Assembly: GCA_033853615.1 (NCBI GenBank) | Contig: JAWOLK010000036.1 | Span: 1-62,969 of the forward strand | Source: Beijerinckiaceae bacterium | GTDB taxonomy: Bacteria; Pseudomonadota; Alphaproteobacteria; Rhizobiales; Beijerinckiaceae | DNA: 62,969 nt | Reading direction: 5' to 3' | Shown here: one piece after another, positions 1-12,805 of the stretch | How positions within the stretch are numbered: position 1 is the first letter of the stretch | Layout: each line of letters starts with the position of its first letter | Notes under the pieces: model-generated | Told to the model about the DNA's origin: nothing | The model's input: the letters and a program-made list of their open reading frames with translations, nothing else | Database searches by the model: none | Made by a program: the position numbers and the translations under genes

Positions 1-1
1 G

Positions 2-1712
<1,711 letters not shown>

Positions 1713-1826
1713 TGACGGAAGGTTAATCGCTTAAAAGAGCTGCGGCAAGACCGCGCGGCCGCCGCGCCTCGCGCAGGCGCGAGACAATGCTAGGCTGCGG
1801 GCGTGAGCGACACGGTATAAACGCAG

Positions 1827-4295
<2,469 letters not shown>

Positions 4296-4463
4296 CGCAG
4301 CGCTGTCGATAAAACTCTAATTACTTATCCCACAACAGTAATTCCATGCGCCTGTAAAAATCCCGCTTCGCGCAAGTCGCGACGGCGAGTGTCTTTGCGC
4401 CCCGCCGCGAGGTCGAAGCCGAGCGGTTTTCCACGTCCATTGTGCGAAAGGCGCGCTAAGATC

Positions 4464-5786
4464 ATGCGACACGCCCGAAAATTCTTCCTCGGGTCGATCC
4501 TCGTCTCGCTCGCGGCCGCCGCGCCGGGCCAAGCCGCAGACGGTTACTTTCTGATCGGCTATAGCGCGCGGCAAAAGGCCCTCGGCGGCGCCAATGTCGC
4601 AGACGCCCGCGACGCCATGGCGATTTCGGTCAACCCTGCCGGCATCGTCGGCCTCGCGCGTCAATTTCAGCTCGGCATGACCGGCATCGTGCTCGACCGC
4701 GGCTATGAGACGCGCGGCCTGCCGCGGGTGCTCGCGCCCGGATCGGTATGGAGCGAACGGCCCTTCTTTCCGGTGCCAAACGGCGGCTACGTCGCCCCGA
4801 TCGACGCCGATAGCGGCTGGAGCGTCGCGGCTTACGCCAATGGCGGCATCAACACCGCCTATTCTTTCTCTAATTTCAAACCGCCGCTCGGCGGCCCGCT
4901 CGGCGGCGGCTTCGCCGGCGTCGATCTGCAACAGGCCTTCACGAGCGTCGGCTATGCGCGGCGCTTCGGCTCGATCACAGTCGGCGTCGCGCCGACGATC
5001 GCCCTTCAGATGATCAATGTTCAGGGCCTCAAGGGCTTTGCGCCCTTCTCGTCGAATATGTGGGAACTATCCGACAGCGCCTATGACTGGTCCTTTGGCG
5101 GCGGTCTGCGGGTCGGCGTCGAATGGCGCGCGACGGAGACGCTTCGCCTCGGCTTCTCCGGCGCGACGCCGATGTTCATGACGCCCTTCGGCAAATATTC
5201 CGGCCTCTTCGCCGATTACGGCCGTTTCGACATTCCGGCGACCTTGCAGGCGGGCGTCGCCTATGACGTCCTGCCCACTCTCACCGTCCTGGCTGATTGG
5301 CGGCATGTTTTCTATTCGGCCGTGCCGGCGCTCGGCAATCCGACCGCGCCGATCACCGCCGGCTCTCTCGGCTCTCCGACCGGTCCGGGCTTCGATTGGA
5401 CGGATGTCGATTCCGCGGCTTTCGGCGCGGAGTGGCGGGCGACCCCGGCGCTGACGTTGCGCGGCGGCTATCACTACAGCTCCAACCCGCTGCGGGCGCG
5501 CTCCGTGACGGTCAATGTGCTCTCGCCGGTCGTCAATCGGCATCATCTGACCGGCGGCGTGAATTATCTCTTCACCAAAAATTCCTCGGTCGATTTCACG
5601 GCCGTCTACGCCTTCAAGAATTCGGTGACGGGTTACGAAACCTTCCCGCAATCGCGCGGCTACCCGTTCGGCGGGGTCAATCCGCTCGCGACCGTGTCGC
5701 CCTGGCTGCGGGCGCTCGAATTCACGCTCGGCTATAATTACAAATTCGACGCGGGCGATACGTCGATGATTCCGACGCATTTTTGA
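4464..5786 (+). CDS. OmpP1/FadL/TodX family outer-membrane transporter
   Basis: ATG 4464 gives a signal peptide (MRHARKFFLGSILVSLAAAAPGQA); GY.L.GYSAR..ALGGA and NPAG hatch motif typical of FadL; amphipathic beta strands; terminal Phe. Confidence 0.88.
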   Translation: MRHARKFFLGSILVSLAAAAPGQAADGYFLIGYSARQKALGGANVADARDAMAISVNPAGIVGLARQFQLGMTGIVLDRGYETRGLPRVLAPGSVWSERPFFPVPNGGYVAPIDADSGWSVAAYANGGINTAYSFSNFKPPLGGPLGGGFAGVDLQQAFTSVGYARRFGSITVGVAPTIALQMINVQGLKGFAPFSSNMWELSDSAYDWSFGGGLRVGVEWRATETLRLGFSGATPMFMTPFGKYSGLFADYGRFDIPATLQAGVAYDVLPTLTVLADWRHVFYSAVPALGNPTAPITAGSLGSPTGPGFDWTDVDSAAFGAEWRATPALTLRGGYHYSSNPLRARSVTVNVLSPVVNRHHLTGGVNYLFTKNSSVDFTAVYAFKNSVTGYETFPQSRGYPFGGVNPLATVSPWLRALEFTLGYNYKFDAGDTSMIPTHF

Positions 5787-5789
5787 GAA

Positions 5790-5815
5790 TGCGCGCCCCT
5801 GTCGCGGGGCGCGCA
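5790..5815. terminator. GC-rich hairpin between convergent fadL-like and mrp genes
   Basis: TGCGCGCCCC-tgtcgc-GGGGCGCGCA, perfect 10-bp stem; no clear U-tract. Confidence 0.55.
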
Positions 5816-5825
5816 CTGTCGCGGT

Positions 5826-6983
5826 TTACCCGATCACGATCTTCGGCGGCGCGCGGCGGGCCTGCGATTCGAGCATCGCCTTCACCTTGGCGGCGAGATT
5901 GAGATAGACCGCCGCATGCGGTCCCTGCGGATCGGCGCCGACCACCGGCCGCCCGGCGTCCGACGTTTCGCGAATGGCGAGCTCCAACGGCACTTCGCCG
6001 AGGAAGGGCACGCCCATCTTCTCCGCGTCGTGGCGGGCTCCGCCATGGGCGAAGATGTCCGACCGGCCGCCGCAATGCGGGCAGACGAAATAGCTCATAT
6101 TCTCGACGATGCCGAGGATCGGCGCCTCGACCTTCTGGAACATGGCCACCGCCCGGCGCGCGTCGATCAAAGCGAGATCCTGCGGCGTCGAGACGATCAC
6201 GGCGCCGGCGAGCGGCACTTGTTGCGCCATGGTGAGCTGCACGTCGCCGGTGCCGGGCGGCATATCGACGACGAGCGCGTCCAATTCGCCCCAGGCGACT
6301 TCGCCGAGCATCTGCATCAAGGCCTGCGTGACCATCGGCCCGCGCCAAACCATCGGCACATTCTCATCGACGAGGAAGCCGATCGACATCACCTTGACGC
6401 CATAGGCCTCGAGCGGAACCATCTTGCGGTCGACGACCTGCGGCTTGCCCTTGAGCCCGAACAGCCGCGGCGCCGACGGCCCATAGACGTCGGCGTCGAG
6501 CAGGCCCACGCGCCAGCCCTGCGCCGCAAGGCCGAGCGCCAGATTGGCGGCCGTCGTCGATTTGCCGACGCCGCCCTTGCCCGAGGCGACGGCGATGATG
6601 AAGCGCATTTTTTCGACAGCCGGGATCATGCCGCGCCGCGGCGGCGCCGGCTGCTGCGGCTGACCGTGCGAATGGCCATGGCCGTGGTGATGGGCGTGAT
6701 CATGGGCATGAGCCTGCGCCTGCGGCCGCGCCGCGCCGGCCGGCCGCTCGGCGGTGAGCGTCACGATCGCCTGCTCGACGCCCGGCAGCATCTTCACCGC
6801 CTGCTCGACCATGCGGCGCACCGATTCCCAGGCGGCGGCCTGCCCGGGATCGCCGGCGATCGAGACGAAAGCCTTGCCGCCCGTGACATTGATGCCGCTG
6901 ACGGCTCCCGAGGCGACCAGCGAAACGCCGCCGGGACCGACAACCCCCTCCAGCGCTTTCAAGATTTCCGCTTCATTCGCCAC
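5826..6983 (-). CDS. apbC: Mrp/ApbC (NBP35) Fe-S cluster carrier ATPase
   Basis: N-terminal DUF59-like domain, deviant Walker A SGKGGVGKST, DADVYGPS, DMPPGTGD, ENMS..CPHC; His-rich linker. Confidence 0.95.
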   Translation of the reverse strand: MANEAEILKALEGVVGPGGVSLVASGAVSGINVTGGKAFVSIAGDPGQAAAWESVRRMVEQAVKMLPGVEQAIVTLTAERPAGAARPQAQAHAHDHAHHHGHGHSHGQPQQPAPPRRGMIPAVEKMRFIIAVASGKGGVGKSTTAANLALGLAAQGWRVGLLDADVYGPSAPRLFGLKGKPQVVDRKMVPLEAYGVKVMSIGFLVDENVPMVWRGPMVTQALMQMLGEVAWGELDALVVDMPPGTGDVQLTMAQQVPLAGAVIVSTPQDLALIDARRAVAMFQKVEAPILGIVENMSYFVCPHCGGRSDIFAHGGARHDAEKMGVPFLGEVPLELAIRETSDAGRPVVGADPQGPHAAVYLNLAAKVKAMLESQARRAPPKIVIG

Positions 6984-7128
6984 GGCTCGGCCTCCTGCTA
7001 GGTTTAGAATTATTCTAGATATGCCGCGTTTCCGGACGCAGGTCTACCGGCTTGCTTGCGCAGCCGACTGCGCTTGCCAAAGGCGAAGCGCCGCGCCACA
7101 AAGCCAGGCCGTCGCAGGCCGGGCGGCG

Positions 7129-7266
7129 TCATCTCAGCAGAACGATTTCCGGGCGCTCGGGCGGCGGGAAGGCGTCGTCGCCGCGGCAACAGAGAACGGC
7201 GAGAATAATGTCGAAGAGAAGCGCCAGAGAGGCGACCGCCACAGCGATCCTGACATAGTCCCCCAT
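7129..7266 (-). CDS. Possible 45-aa single-TM small protein
   Basis: MGDYVRIAVAVASLALLFDIILAVLCCRGDDAFPPPERPEIVLLR has a hydrophobic core and polar tail; weak RBS support. Confidence 0.3.
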   Translation of the reverse strand: MGDYVRIAVAVASLALLFDIILAVLCCRGDDAFPPPERPEIVLLR

Positions 7267-7568
7267 CTCGCGAGCGTTCGCCAAACCGCAGCTCCTTCTG
7301 GCAGGACCGTCGACACATGGGCGGCCGACATGAGGCAAACCGACACAAAAGGCGCGTCGACAGTGGTCGGCGCCTGGACAAGTCGACATGTCGGAAAGGT
7401 GGAGCACTCGGGAGTGATGCACAATAAGTTGAGAGTGCGGCATCTGCGCGCAGCTATAATGCGTAAGGGAATTCACCATGCGGCGCGTCGCCGCAGCGCG
7501 ATTCCTTGCGCGACGCGGCTGGCGCGCATAGCCTTGCATCGTTCTTTTCCTCACGAAAGACGCGCCTG

Positions 7569-8198
7569 ATGACGCTCGCTCTCACGGCCGCACAGACGCG
7601 GCGGCGCCTGCGGCGCTTCGCCGCCGTCGCGCGCGCCATGTTGCTCGCGCAGGGGGAGGCGCGCGCCTATACGCATGTCGCCTGGCTCGGCCTCTTCGCG
7701 CTCGTTTCTCTCGCTTTCGAGCTTGGCGCGCTCGGATGGCTGATTATTCCAAGCCTCGCGCTCTTTATCGCGCTCGCCCTCGTCGTGCTGTTCGACGCGG
7801 TTTATTTCATTATTCCGGACAGGCTGGTCGGCGCTTTGTTCGCGTTCGGCGCGATTACGCTGCTCGGCGCGGAGCCGCAAGAGGCGCTCGCGCATGGCGC
7901 AGCGGCGGTGTTCGGCTACGGCGCCTTCTATCTCGTGGCCGCGCTTTACGAGCGTCTGCGCGGCGAAGCGGGCCTCGGCCTCGGCGACGCGAAGCTCTTC
8001 GCCGCGGCGGGCCTGTGGCTCGGTTTCGACGGGCTCGCCTCCTGCCTGCTCGTCGCGGTCGCATCCGCGGCGCTTTCGGGATTCTTGGCATGGCGCGCCG
8101 GCGCGTTGCAGAGCGCCCGGCAGGCGATCCCTTTCGGCCCGCATCTCGCGCTCGGCTTCTGGCTGGCGTGGGCGATCGGGCCGTTACAGCCCGTTTAA
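7569..8198 (+). CDS. gspO: Prepilin peptidase (A24 family), GspO-like, lacking the N-terminal Cys/Zn domain
   Basis: Two catalytic Asp contexts (LFDAVYFIIPD; GLGLGDAKL) and C-terminal IPFGPHL; polytopic; adjacent to pseudopilin genes. Confidence 0.88.
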   Translation: MTLALTAAQTRRRLRRFAAVARAMLLAQGEARAYTHVAWLGLFALVSLAFELGALGWLIIPSLALFIALALVVLFDAVYFIIPDRLVGALFAFGAITLLGAEPQEALAHGAAAVFGYGAFYLVAALYERLRGEAGLGLGDAKLFAAAGLWLGFDGLASCLLVAVASAALSGFLAWRAGALQSARQAIPFGPHLALGFWLAWAIGPLQPV

Positions 8199-8806
8199 TT
8201 CTGCCGTAAGGCCACGTTGAACGAGGTCTGAACGACGCGCCCGAAACGCTTGGCGCCGATCCGCACCGAAACGAGCTGCGGCAGCCTCTGCTGATCCTTC
8301 CAATTGCTCACCCATTTCGGCTGCGGCTCGGTTTCCGTCGCGCCGAAATAATTCATCTCGATGAAGGCGATGTCCGAGAGAACCAGCGCCTCGCGCGCCT
8401 CGTCGACGCCCTCTTTCGCATCGGGGCGGAAAACCTGTGTGGCGACGTAGAGATCAACCGTCTTGTTCTTCGAGCGCTTGGTTCTGATTTCGGTCAGTAT
8501 GAGCCCGCCCCATTGCGCTTCGCCTTCGCTCAGCGTGACGAAGCGGCAATCGTCGCGAACGCCGTCGAAAGAGACGACCGGCGTCGTCGCGCCCGTCGTC
8601 ATCGCCGGAAAACTGTGGGCGAGAAGGTCGGAAAGCGCGCGCACCGCGCCGTCGATCTCGCTCAGCGTCTCGCGCTGGCGGCCGCTCTCCCAGACCCGCC
8701 GCCCGATGTTCATGCCGCCCAGGATCGAGCTGGTGATGAGCGCCAGAAGCGAGATCGCCAGCAGCAGCTCGAGCAGAGTGAAGCCCGCGTCGGCGCGCCG
8801 TCTCAT
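8195..8806 (-). CDS. gspJ: T2SS minor pseudopilin GspJ
   Basis: MRRRADAG|FTLLELLLA class III signal; C-terminal W...W.....LPQLV motif; ATGA overlap with the gspI stop. Confidence 0.85.
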   Translation of the reverse strand: MRRRADAGFTLLELLLAISLLALITSSILGGMNIGRRVWESGRQRETLSEIDGAVRALSDLLAHSFPAMTTGATTPVVSFDGVRDDCRFVTLSEGEAQWGGLILTEIRTKRSKNKTVDLYVATQVFRPDAKEGVDEAREALVLSDIAFIEMNYFGATETEPQPKWVSNWKDQQRLPQLVSVRIGAKRFGRVVQTSFNVALRQN

Positions 8807-9267
8807 TGCCTGCGCTCCTGCTCCTGGAGGAGCTTGACGGTTGCAAAGCTCATGCTCTGCGCCCGGTCGGAGCCCTGCGGCCGGCGCACCACGAGCCGCG
8901 TCCTGTAACCGAGCACGCGCTGGCCCGCCGTCGCCCCGCCTGCGGAGCCGTAAGGCGTGACGCTCAGGCTCCATTGCAGGCCGTCGTCATAGGCGCCGGA
9001 GCTTTCTCCGGGAACGAGCGGCAGAGTGAGGCCGAGCGCGTCGAGATGCGACTGCGCGTCGCGCCGCGCGCTGACCAGAAAATCGGCGTAGGATTCGTTG
9101 CGGGCGCCGTTGCCGACCCCCTGCATCAGATTGGACATGACGAGGATCAGAATAGCAAAGGCCGCGAGCGTCTCGATCAGCGTGAAGCCGTTGCGCCGGC
9201 GCGCGCTACCGGGGCGGCGGGGAGCGGGCGCTCTTGCGCCGCGCGCCCGCGTCAGGAGACCTCGCAT
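8803..9267 (-). CDS. gspI: T2SS minor pseudopilin GspI
   Basis: NG|FTLIETLAAFAIL class III signal; lies between gspH and gspJ. Start approximate. Confidence 0.82.
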   Translation of the reverse strand: MRGLLTRARGARAPAPRRPGSARRRNGFTLIETLAAFAILILVMSNLMQGVGNGARNESYADFLVSARRDAQSHLDALGLTLPLVPGESSGAYDDGLQWSLSVTPYGSAGGATAGQRVLGYRTRLVVRRPQGSDRAQSMSFATVKLLQEQERRQ

Positions 9268-9716
9268 CGCGTCTCCCCGGTGAGCCAATTGACGTTGATC
9301 ACTATGCGCTTGCCCGGGGCCTGGATCGTGACCTCGCCCCCGGTCGAGCCGCCGCCCGGAAAGAACAGAAAGCCGCCGGCGGTGCGGCTCGTCCGCATCC
9401 GGTCGGCGACGGTGAATTGCACTTCCGCTTCGCGCGGAAAGGCCGTCTCCGAAATAACCGGCGAGACGAAGCTCTTCGTCGCAAGGTCGATGGTCAATGT
9501 CGTTTCCGCATTGGTCGCGAGGGCGCGCGAGCGCGTCAGGCGCAGCGCAGCGCATAGATTGCGCGCCGAGGCTTCGATCTGCACGCCCGGCGAGGGGCGG
9601 CGCAGCAACATGCTGCCCGTGCCCATCACCATGGTGAGGATCGCCAGCGCGACGAGCATTTCGAGGACCGTGAAGCCGGCCATGCCCGGCGCCGGCGCCG
9701 CTCGCCTGCGCGTCAT
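9252..9716 (-). CDS. gspH: T2SS minor pseudopilin GspH/FimT-like
   Basis: AG|FTVLEMLVALAIL; C-terminal FFPGGGSTGGEV...VNWLTG motif typical of GspH; ATGA overlap with the gspF stop. Confidence 0.85.
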   Translation of the reverse strand: MTRRRAAPAPGMAGFTVLEMLVALAILTMVMGTGSMLLRRPSPGVQIEASARNLCAALRLTRSRALATNAETTLTIDLATKSFVSPVISETAFPREAEVQFTVADRMRTSRTAGGFLFFPGGGSTGGEVTIQAPGKRIVINVNWLTGETRCEVS

Positions 9717-10930
9717 TTCGTCGCCATCTCGTTGATGCCGAGCACCGCGTTCATGACCGTCATGATCAGCCCGCCGACGACGACGGCGATCACGACCGTG
9801 AGAGCCGGCGTCAGCAGGCCGACGACGCGCTCGATGTTGCGTTGCGTCTGCTTCTCGAACATGCCGGCGACGCGCAGCAACATGCCGTCGAGCTTGCCCG
9901 CCTCCTCGCCGATCGACACCATCTGCAGGGCGACGGGCGGCAGTTTGTCGACGCGCGACAGCGCCGTGCTGAGGCTGGCGCCGCCGCGCACGGCCTCGAT
10001 CACCTCTTCCATCTGATTGCGCAGGTGCAGATTGCCGATCACCGAGCGCGAGCTTTCCAATCCTTGCAACAGCGGCACGCCGGCGCTCATCATGGCGCCG
10101 AGCGTCCGGGCGAAACGCGCGGTTTCGAACTGCGCCCGCAAGGGGCCGACATAGGGCAGGCTCAACACCTGCGCGGCGAGCTTCGCTTGCAGCTCCGGCC
10201 GTTTCGACGCATAGCTGCGGAAAGCGAAGCCCGCCGCCACGAGAATGGCGACGGCGCCGGCGATCAGCGGCCAATTGTTCTGCATGTCGATGATGAATTG
10301 CAGTCCGGAGGGCATGCCCTTGCCGCTGTCGGCGAAGATCGGCGCGATGCTCGGCACCAGCGACCCGAGCACCACGCCCGTCGAGACCAGCGCCAGCACG
10401 ATCAGGACGCTCGGATAGACGAGCGCCGATTGAATGCGGGCGCGCATCTCGACGCGGCGCTCGAGCATGTCGGCGATTTCGGTGAGCGCCGCCCCGACAT
10501 TGCCCATCGCCTCGCCGGCGCGCACGACGTTGAGATAATCGTCGGCGAAGATCTCGGGGCGGCGGCCGAGCGCGTCCGACAGCGAGGCGCCGTCGACGAC
10601 ATGGGCGAGAATCCCTTCCGCGAGCTCGCGCACTTTCGGATTGGCGCTCTGCGTGGAGAGAAGCCGCAGGCTCTGGTCGAGCGGAATGTCCGCCTGTTCG
10701 AGCGTCGCGAATTCGCGCGTGAAGGAGGCGAGCTCGGCGACCGACATGCCGCGCCCCTTGAAGAGGCGCATCAGCGAGACGTCGCCGCGCGCTTTGACCT
10801 CTTGCGTCTCGAAGGGCGTCAGCCCGCGCGTCCAAAGCGCCTCTTCGGCCTCGGCGCTGCTCTTGGCCTCGATCTCGCCCTCGGCGAGATCCCCCGAGTC
10901 GGTGACAGCCTTGTATCGAAATGACGGCAT
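9713..10930 (-). CDS. gspF: T2SS inner-membrane platform protein GspF
   Basis: MPSFRYKAV..G start, two GspF repeats (GASLSDAL...AGEAMG; GASLSTAL...IGEEAGKLD), ALVYP before a TM segment. Confidence 0.95.
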   Translation of the reverse strand: MPSFRYKAVTDSGDLAEGEIEAKSSAEAEEALWTRGLTPFETQEVKARGDVSLMRLFKGRGMSVAELASFTREFATLEQADIPLDQSLRLLSTQSANPKVRELAEGILAHVVDGASLSDALGRRPEIFADDYLNVVRAGEAMGNVGAALTEIADMLERRVEMRARIQSALVYPSVLIVLALVSTGVVLGSLVPSIAPIFADSGKGMPSGLQFIIDMQNNWPLIAGAVAILVAAGFAFRSYASKRPELQAKLAAQVLSLPYVGPLRAQFETARFARTLGAMMSAGVPLLQGLESSRSVIGNLHLRNQMEEVIEAVRGGASLSTALSRVDKLPPVALQMVSIGEEAGKLDGMLLRVAGMFEKQTQRNIERVVGLLTPALTVVIAVVVGGLIMTVMNAVLGINEMATK

Positions 10931-10932
10931 CT

Positions 10933-12681
10933 TCAATCCATCCGCGTGACGCGCAGCACTTCGTCGACGCTGGTCTCGCCGCGCCAGGCTTTCTTCATGC
11001 CGCATTGATACATGGTGGCCATGCCCGCCTCGCGCGCCGCTTCGAGCAGCGTCGCGTCCGGCGCCTCCTCGCAGACCAGCCGCTGCAATTTATCGTCCAT
11101 CAGCAGCAGTTCGGCGATGGTCGAACGGCCCGCATAACCCGACCCCCGGCACTGCGGGCAGCCCACGGGCGCCATCAGCCGCGGCGGCTCCTTGGCGAAA
11201 GGCTCATGGGCGAGGCGCTCCCGCCATTGCGGGGCCGTGGGCAAAGGCGCGGCGCAATGGGAGCACAGGCGCCGCACGAGGCGCTGGGCGAGAACCGCCT
11301 TGACGGTCGAGGCGATCAGATAGCTCTCGACGCCCATGTCGATCAGTCGGGTGATCGACGCCGCGGCGCTGTTGGTGTGCAGCGTCGAAAACACGAGATG
11401 GCCGGTCAGCGACGACTGGATGGCGATGCGCGCCGTCTCCGCGTCGCGAATTTCGCCGATCATGATGATGTCTGGATCCTGGCGCAGCATGGCGCGCAGC
11501 GCGCTGGGAAAATCCATGCCGATCGCCGGCTGCACCTGCACCTGATTGATGCCGGCGAGCTGATATTCGACCGGGTCTTCGACGGTGAACACCTTCACGT
11601 CCGGTTTGCTCAGCACGCGCAGCGCCGAATAGAGCGTCGTCGTCTTGCCGCTGCCGGTCGGGCCCGTGACCAGAATAATGCCGTTCGGGCTGCGCATGAC
11701 GTTCTGCAACTGGTCGATCGTCTCCGGCTCGAAGCCGAGCGCGACGAAATCGAGCGCCACCTGCGAGCGGTCGAGAATACGCAGAACGATGCTCTCGCCA
11801 TGCGTGGTCGGGATGGTGGAGACGCGGAAGTCGATGTCGACGCCGCGGATCGCGAGCTTGATGCGCCCGTCCTGGGGCAGGCGGCGCTCGGCGATGTCGA
11901 GATGCGCCATGATCTTGATGCGCGAGGCGATGGCCGCCTTGAGGCCCGGCGGCAATGTTTCGACCGTGCGCAGCACGCCGTCGCAGCGGTAACGCACCAG
12001 AACGGCCTCGACTGTCGGCTCGATGTGGATGTCGGAGGCGCGCGCCTCGATGGCGTCCGCGACGATCTGATTGACCCGCCGGATGATCGGCGCCTCATTG
12101 GCGATGTCGCGAAGGCGCTGGAGATCGAATTCGCTCGCGTCCTGGGCGCGCACGTCGTCGCTGTCGACGACCGAGACGCCGTCCGACCTCTTGCTGTAGA
12201 GCCCCGCCCAGGCTTTCTCGAACATCGCCGGCGTCACCAGCCGCAAATCGAGCGCTCTGCCGGTCGAATAGGCGAGCGCCTCGATCGGCTCGGGCTCGAG
12301 CGGGTCGGTCACGGCGACGGTGAGCGTCAGCTCGTCGACGGCGATCGGGAGAATGGCGTTGGCGCGGATGAATTTCTCGGGAACGAGCTCCGTGGCGACC
12401 GCCTCCATCGGCACGTCCTGCTGGGCGATCACCGCAAGGCCGAGAAAGGCGCCGAGATGCGTCCAAAGGTCGCTTTCCGAAACCAGGCCGAGTTTCGTCA
12501 GAACATGGTCGAATCGCTCGCCGCTCTGTCGCGCCGCGCGTTGCGAGCGACGCAGGGCCAGCTCGTCGATGGCGCCCGCCTTCAGCAGATGCTCGCCGAA
12601 CTGCTCGACGAATTCGGCGCTGCGTGCGTCGAATCGGCGCTGGGCCGCGCTGGGCGGCGGCGAGTAGGTCTGTATCGTCAC
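10933..12681 (-). CDS. gspE: T2SS ATPase GspE
   Basis: ASDIHIEP, ERRLPQDG, Walker A GPTGSGKTT, EDPVEY, LRQDPDIIMIGEIRD, TGHLVFSTLHTN, CxxC...CxxC zinc site. Start uncertain (GTG 12681 or TTG 12732). Confidence 0.96.
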   Translation of the reverse strand: MTIQTYSPPPSAAQRRFDARSAEFVEQFGEHLLKAGAIDELALRRSQRAARQSGERFDHVLTKLGLVSESDLWTHLGAFLGLAVIAQQDVPMEAVATELVPEKFIRANAILPIAVDELTLTVAVTDPLEPEPIEALAYSTGRALDLRLVTPAMFEKAWAGLYSKRSDGVSVVDSDDVRAQDASEFDLQRLRDIANEAPIIRRVNQIVADAIEARASDIHIEPTVEAVLVRYRCDGVLRTVETLPPGLKAAIASRIKIMAHLDIAERRLPQDGRIKLAIRGVDIDFRVSTIPTTHGESIVLRILDRSQVALDFVALGFEPETIDQLQNVMRSPNGIILVTGPTGSGKTTTLYSALRVLSKPDVKVFTVEDPVEYQLAGINQVQVQPAIGMDFPSALRAMLRQDPDIIMIGEIRDAETARIAIQSSLTGHLVFSTLHTNSAAASITRLIDMGVESYLIASTVKAVLAQRLVRRLCSHCAAPLPTAPQWRERLAHEPFAKEPPRLMAPVGCPQCRGSGYAGRSTIAELLLMDDKLQRLVCEEAPDATLLEAAREAGMATMYQCGMKKAWRGETSVDEVLRVTRMD

Positions 12682-12738
12682 GTGATCCGGTCCCCGGAGA
12701 TTCGACCGGCCAGAATTGGCGGTCTTTTTCAAAATTGC

Positions 12739-12756
12739 AAGCTGTGTAAACAGCTT
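12739..12756. promoter_or_regulatory. Inverted repeat (candidate operator) in the divergent gspE / DUF1190-like promoter region
   Basis: AAGCTGT-gtaa-ACAGCTT in an AT-rich stretch between divergent genes. Confidence 0.35.
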
Positions 12757-12805
12757 ATAGTCGCCCTACCGCTGCGGTGGCATAGATTCCCGGTCATGGA
12801 AGCAA

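Noticed and set aside
1722-1736. TTAA pairs here and at 55862-55877 as CtrA boxes
   Set aside because: Spacers are 4 and 8 nt and one half-site is imperfect; the consensus needs TTAA-N7-TTAA.
7309-7395. CGACA repeats as a CRISPR array or iteron origin
   Set aside because: Units and spacers are far too short; no cas or rep gene nearby.
7520-7540. TGGCGC...TTGCA as a sigma54 promoter for gspO
   Set aside because: GG-to-GC spacing is 13 nt, not the required 10.
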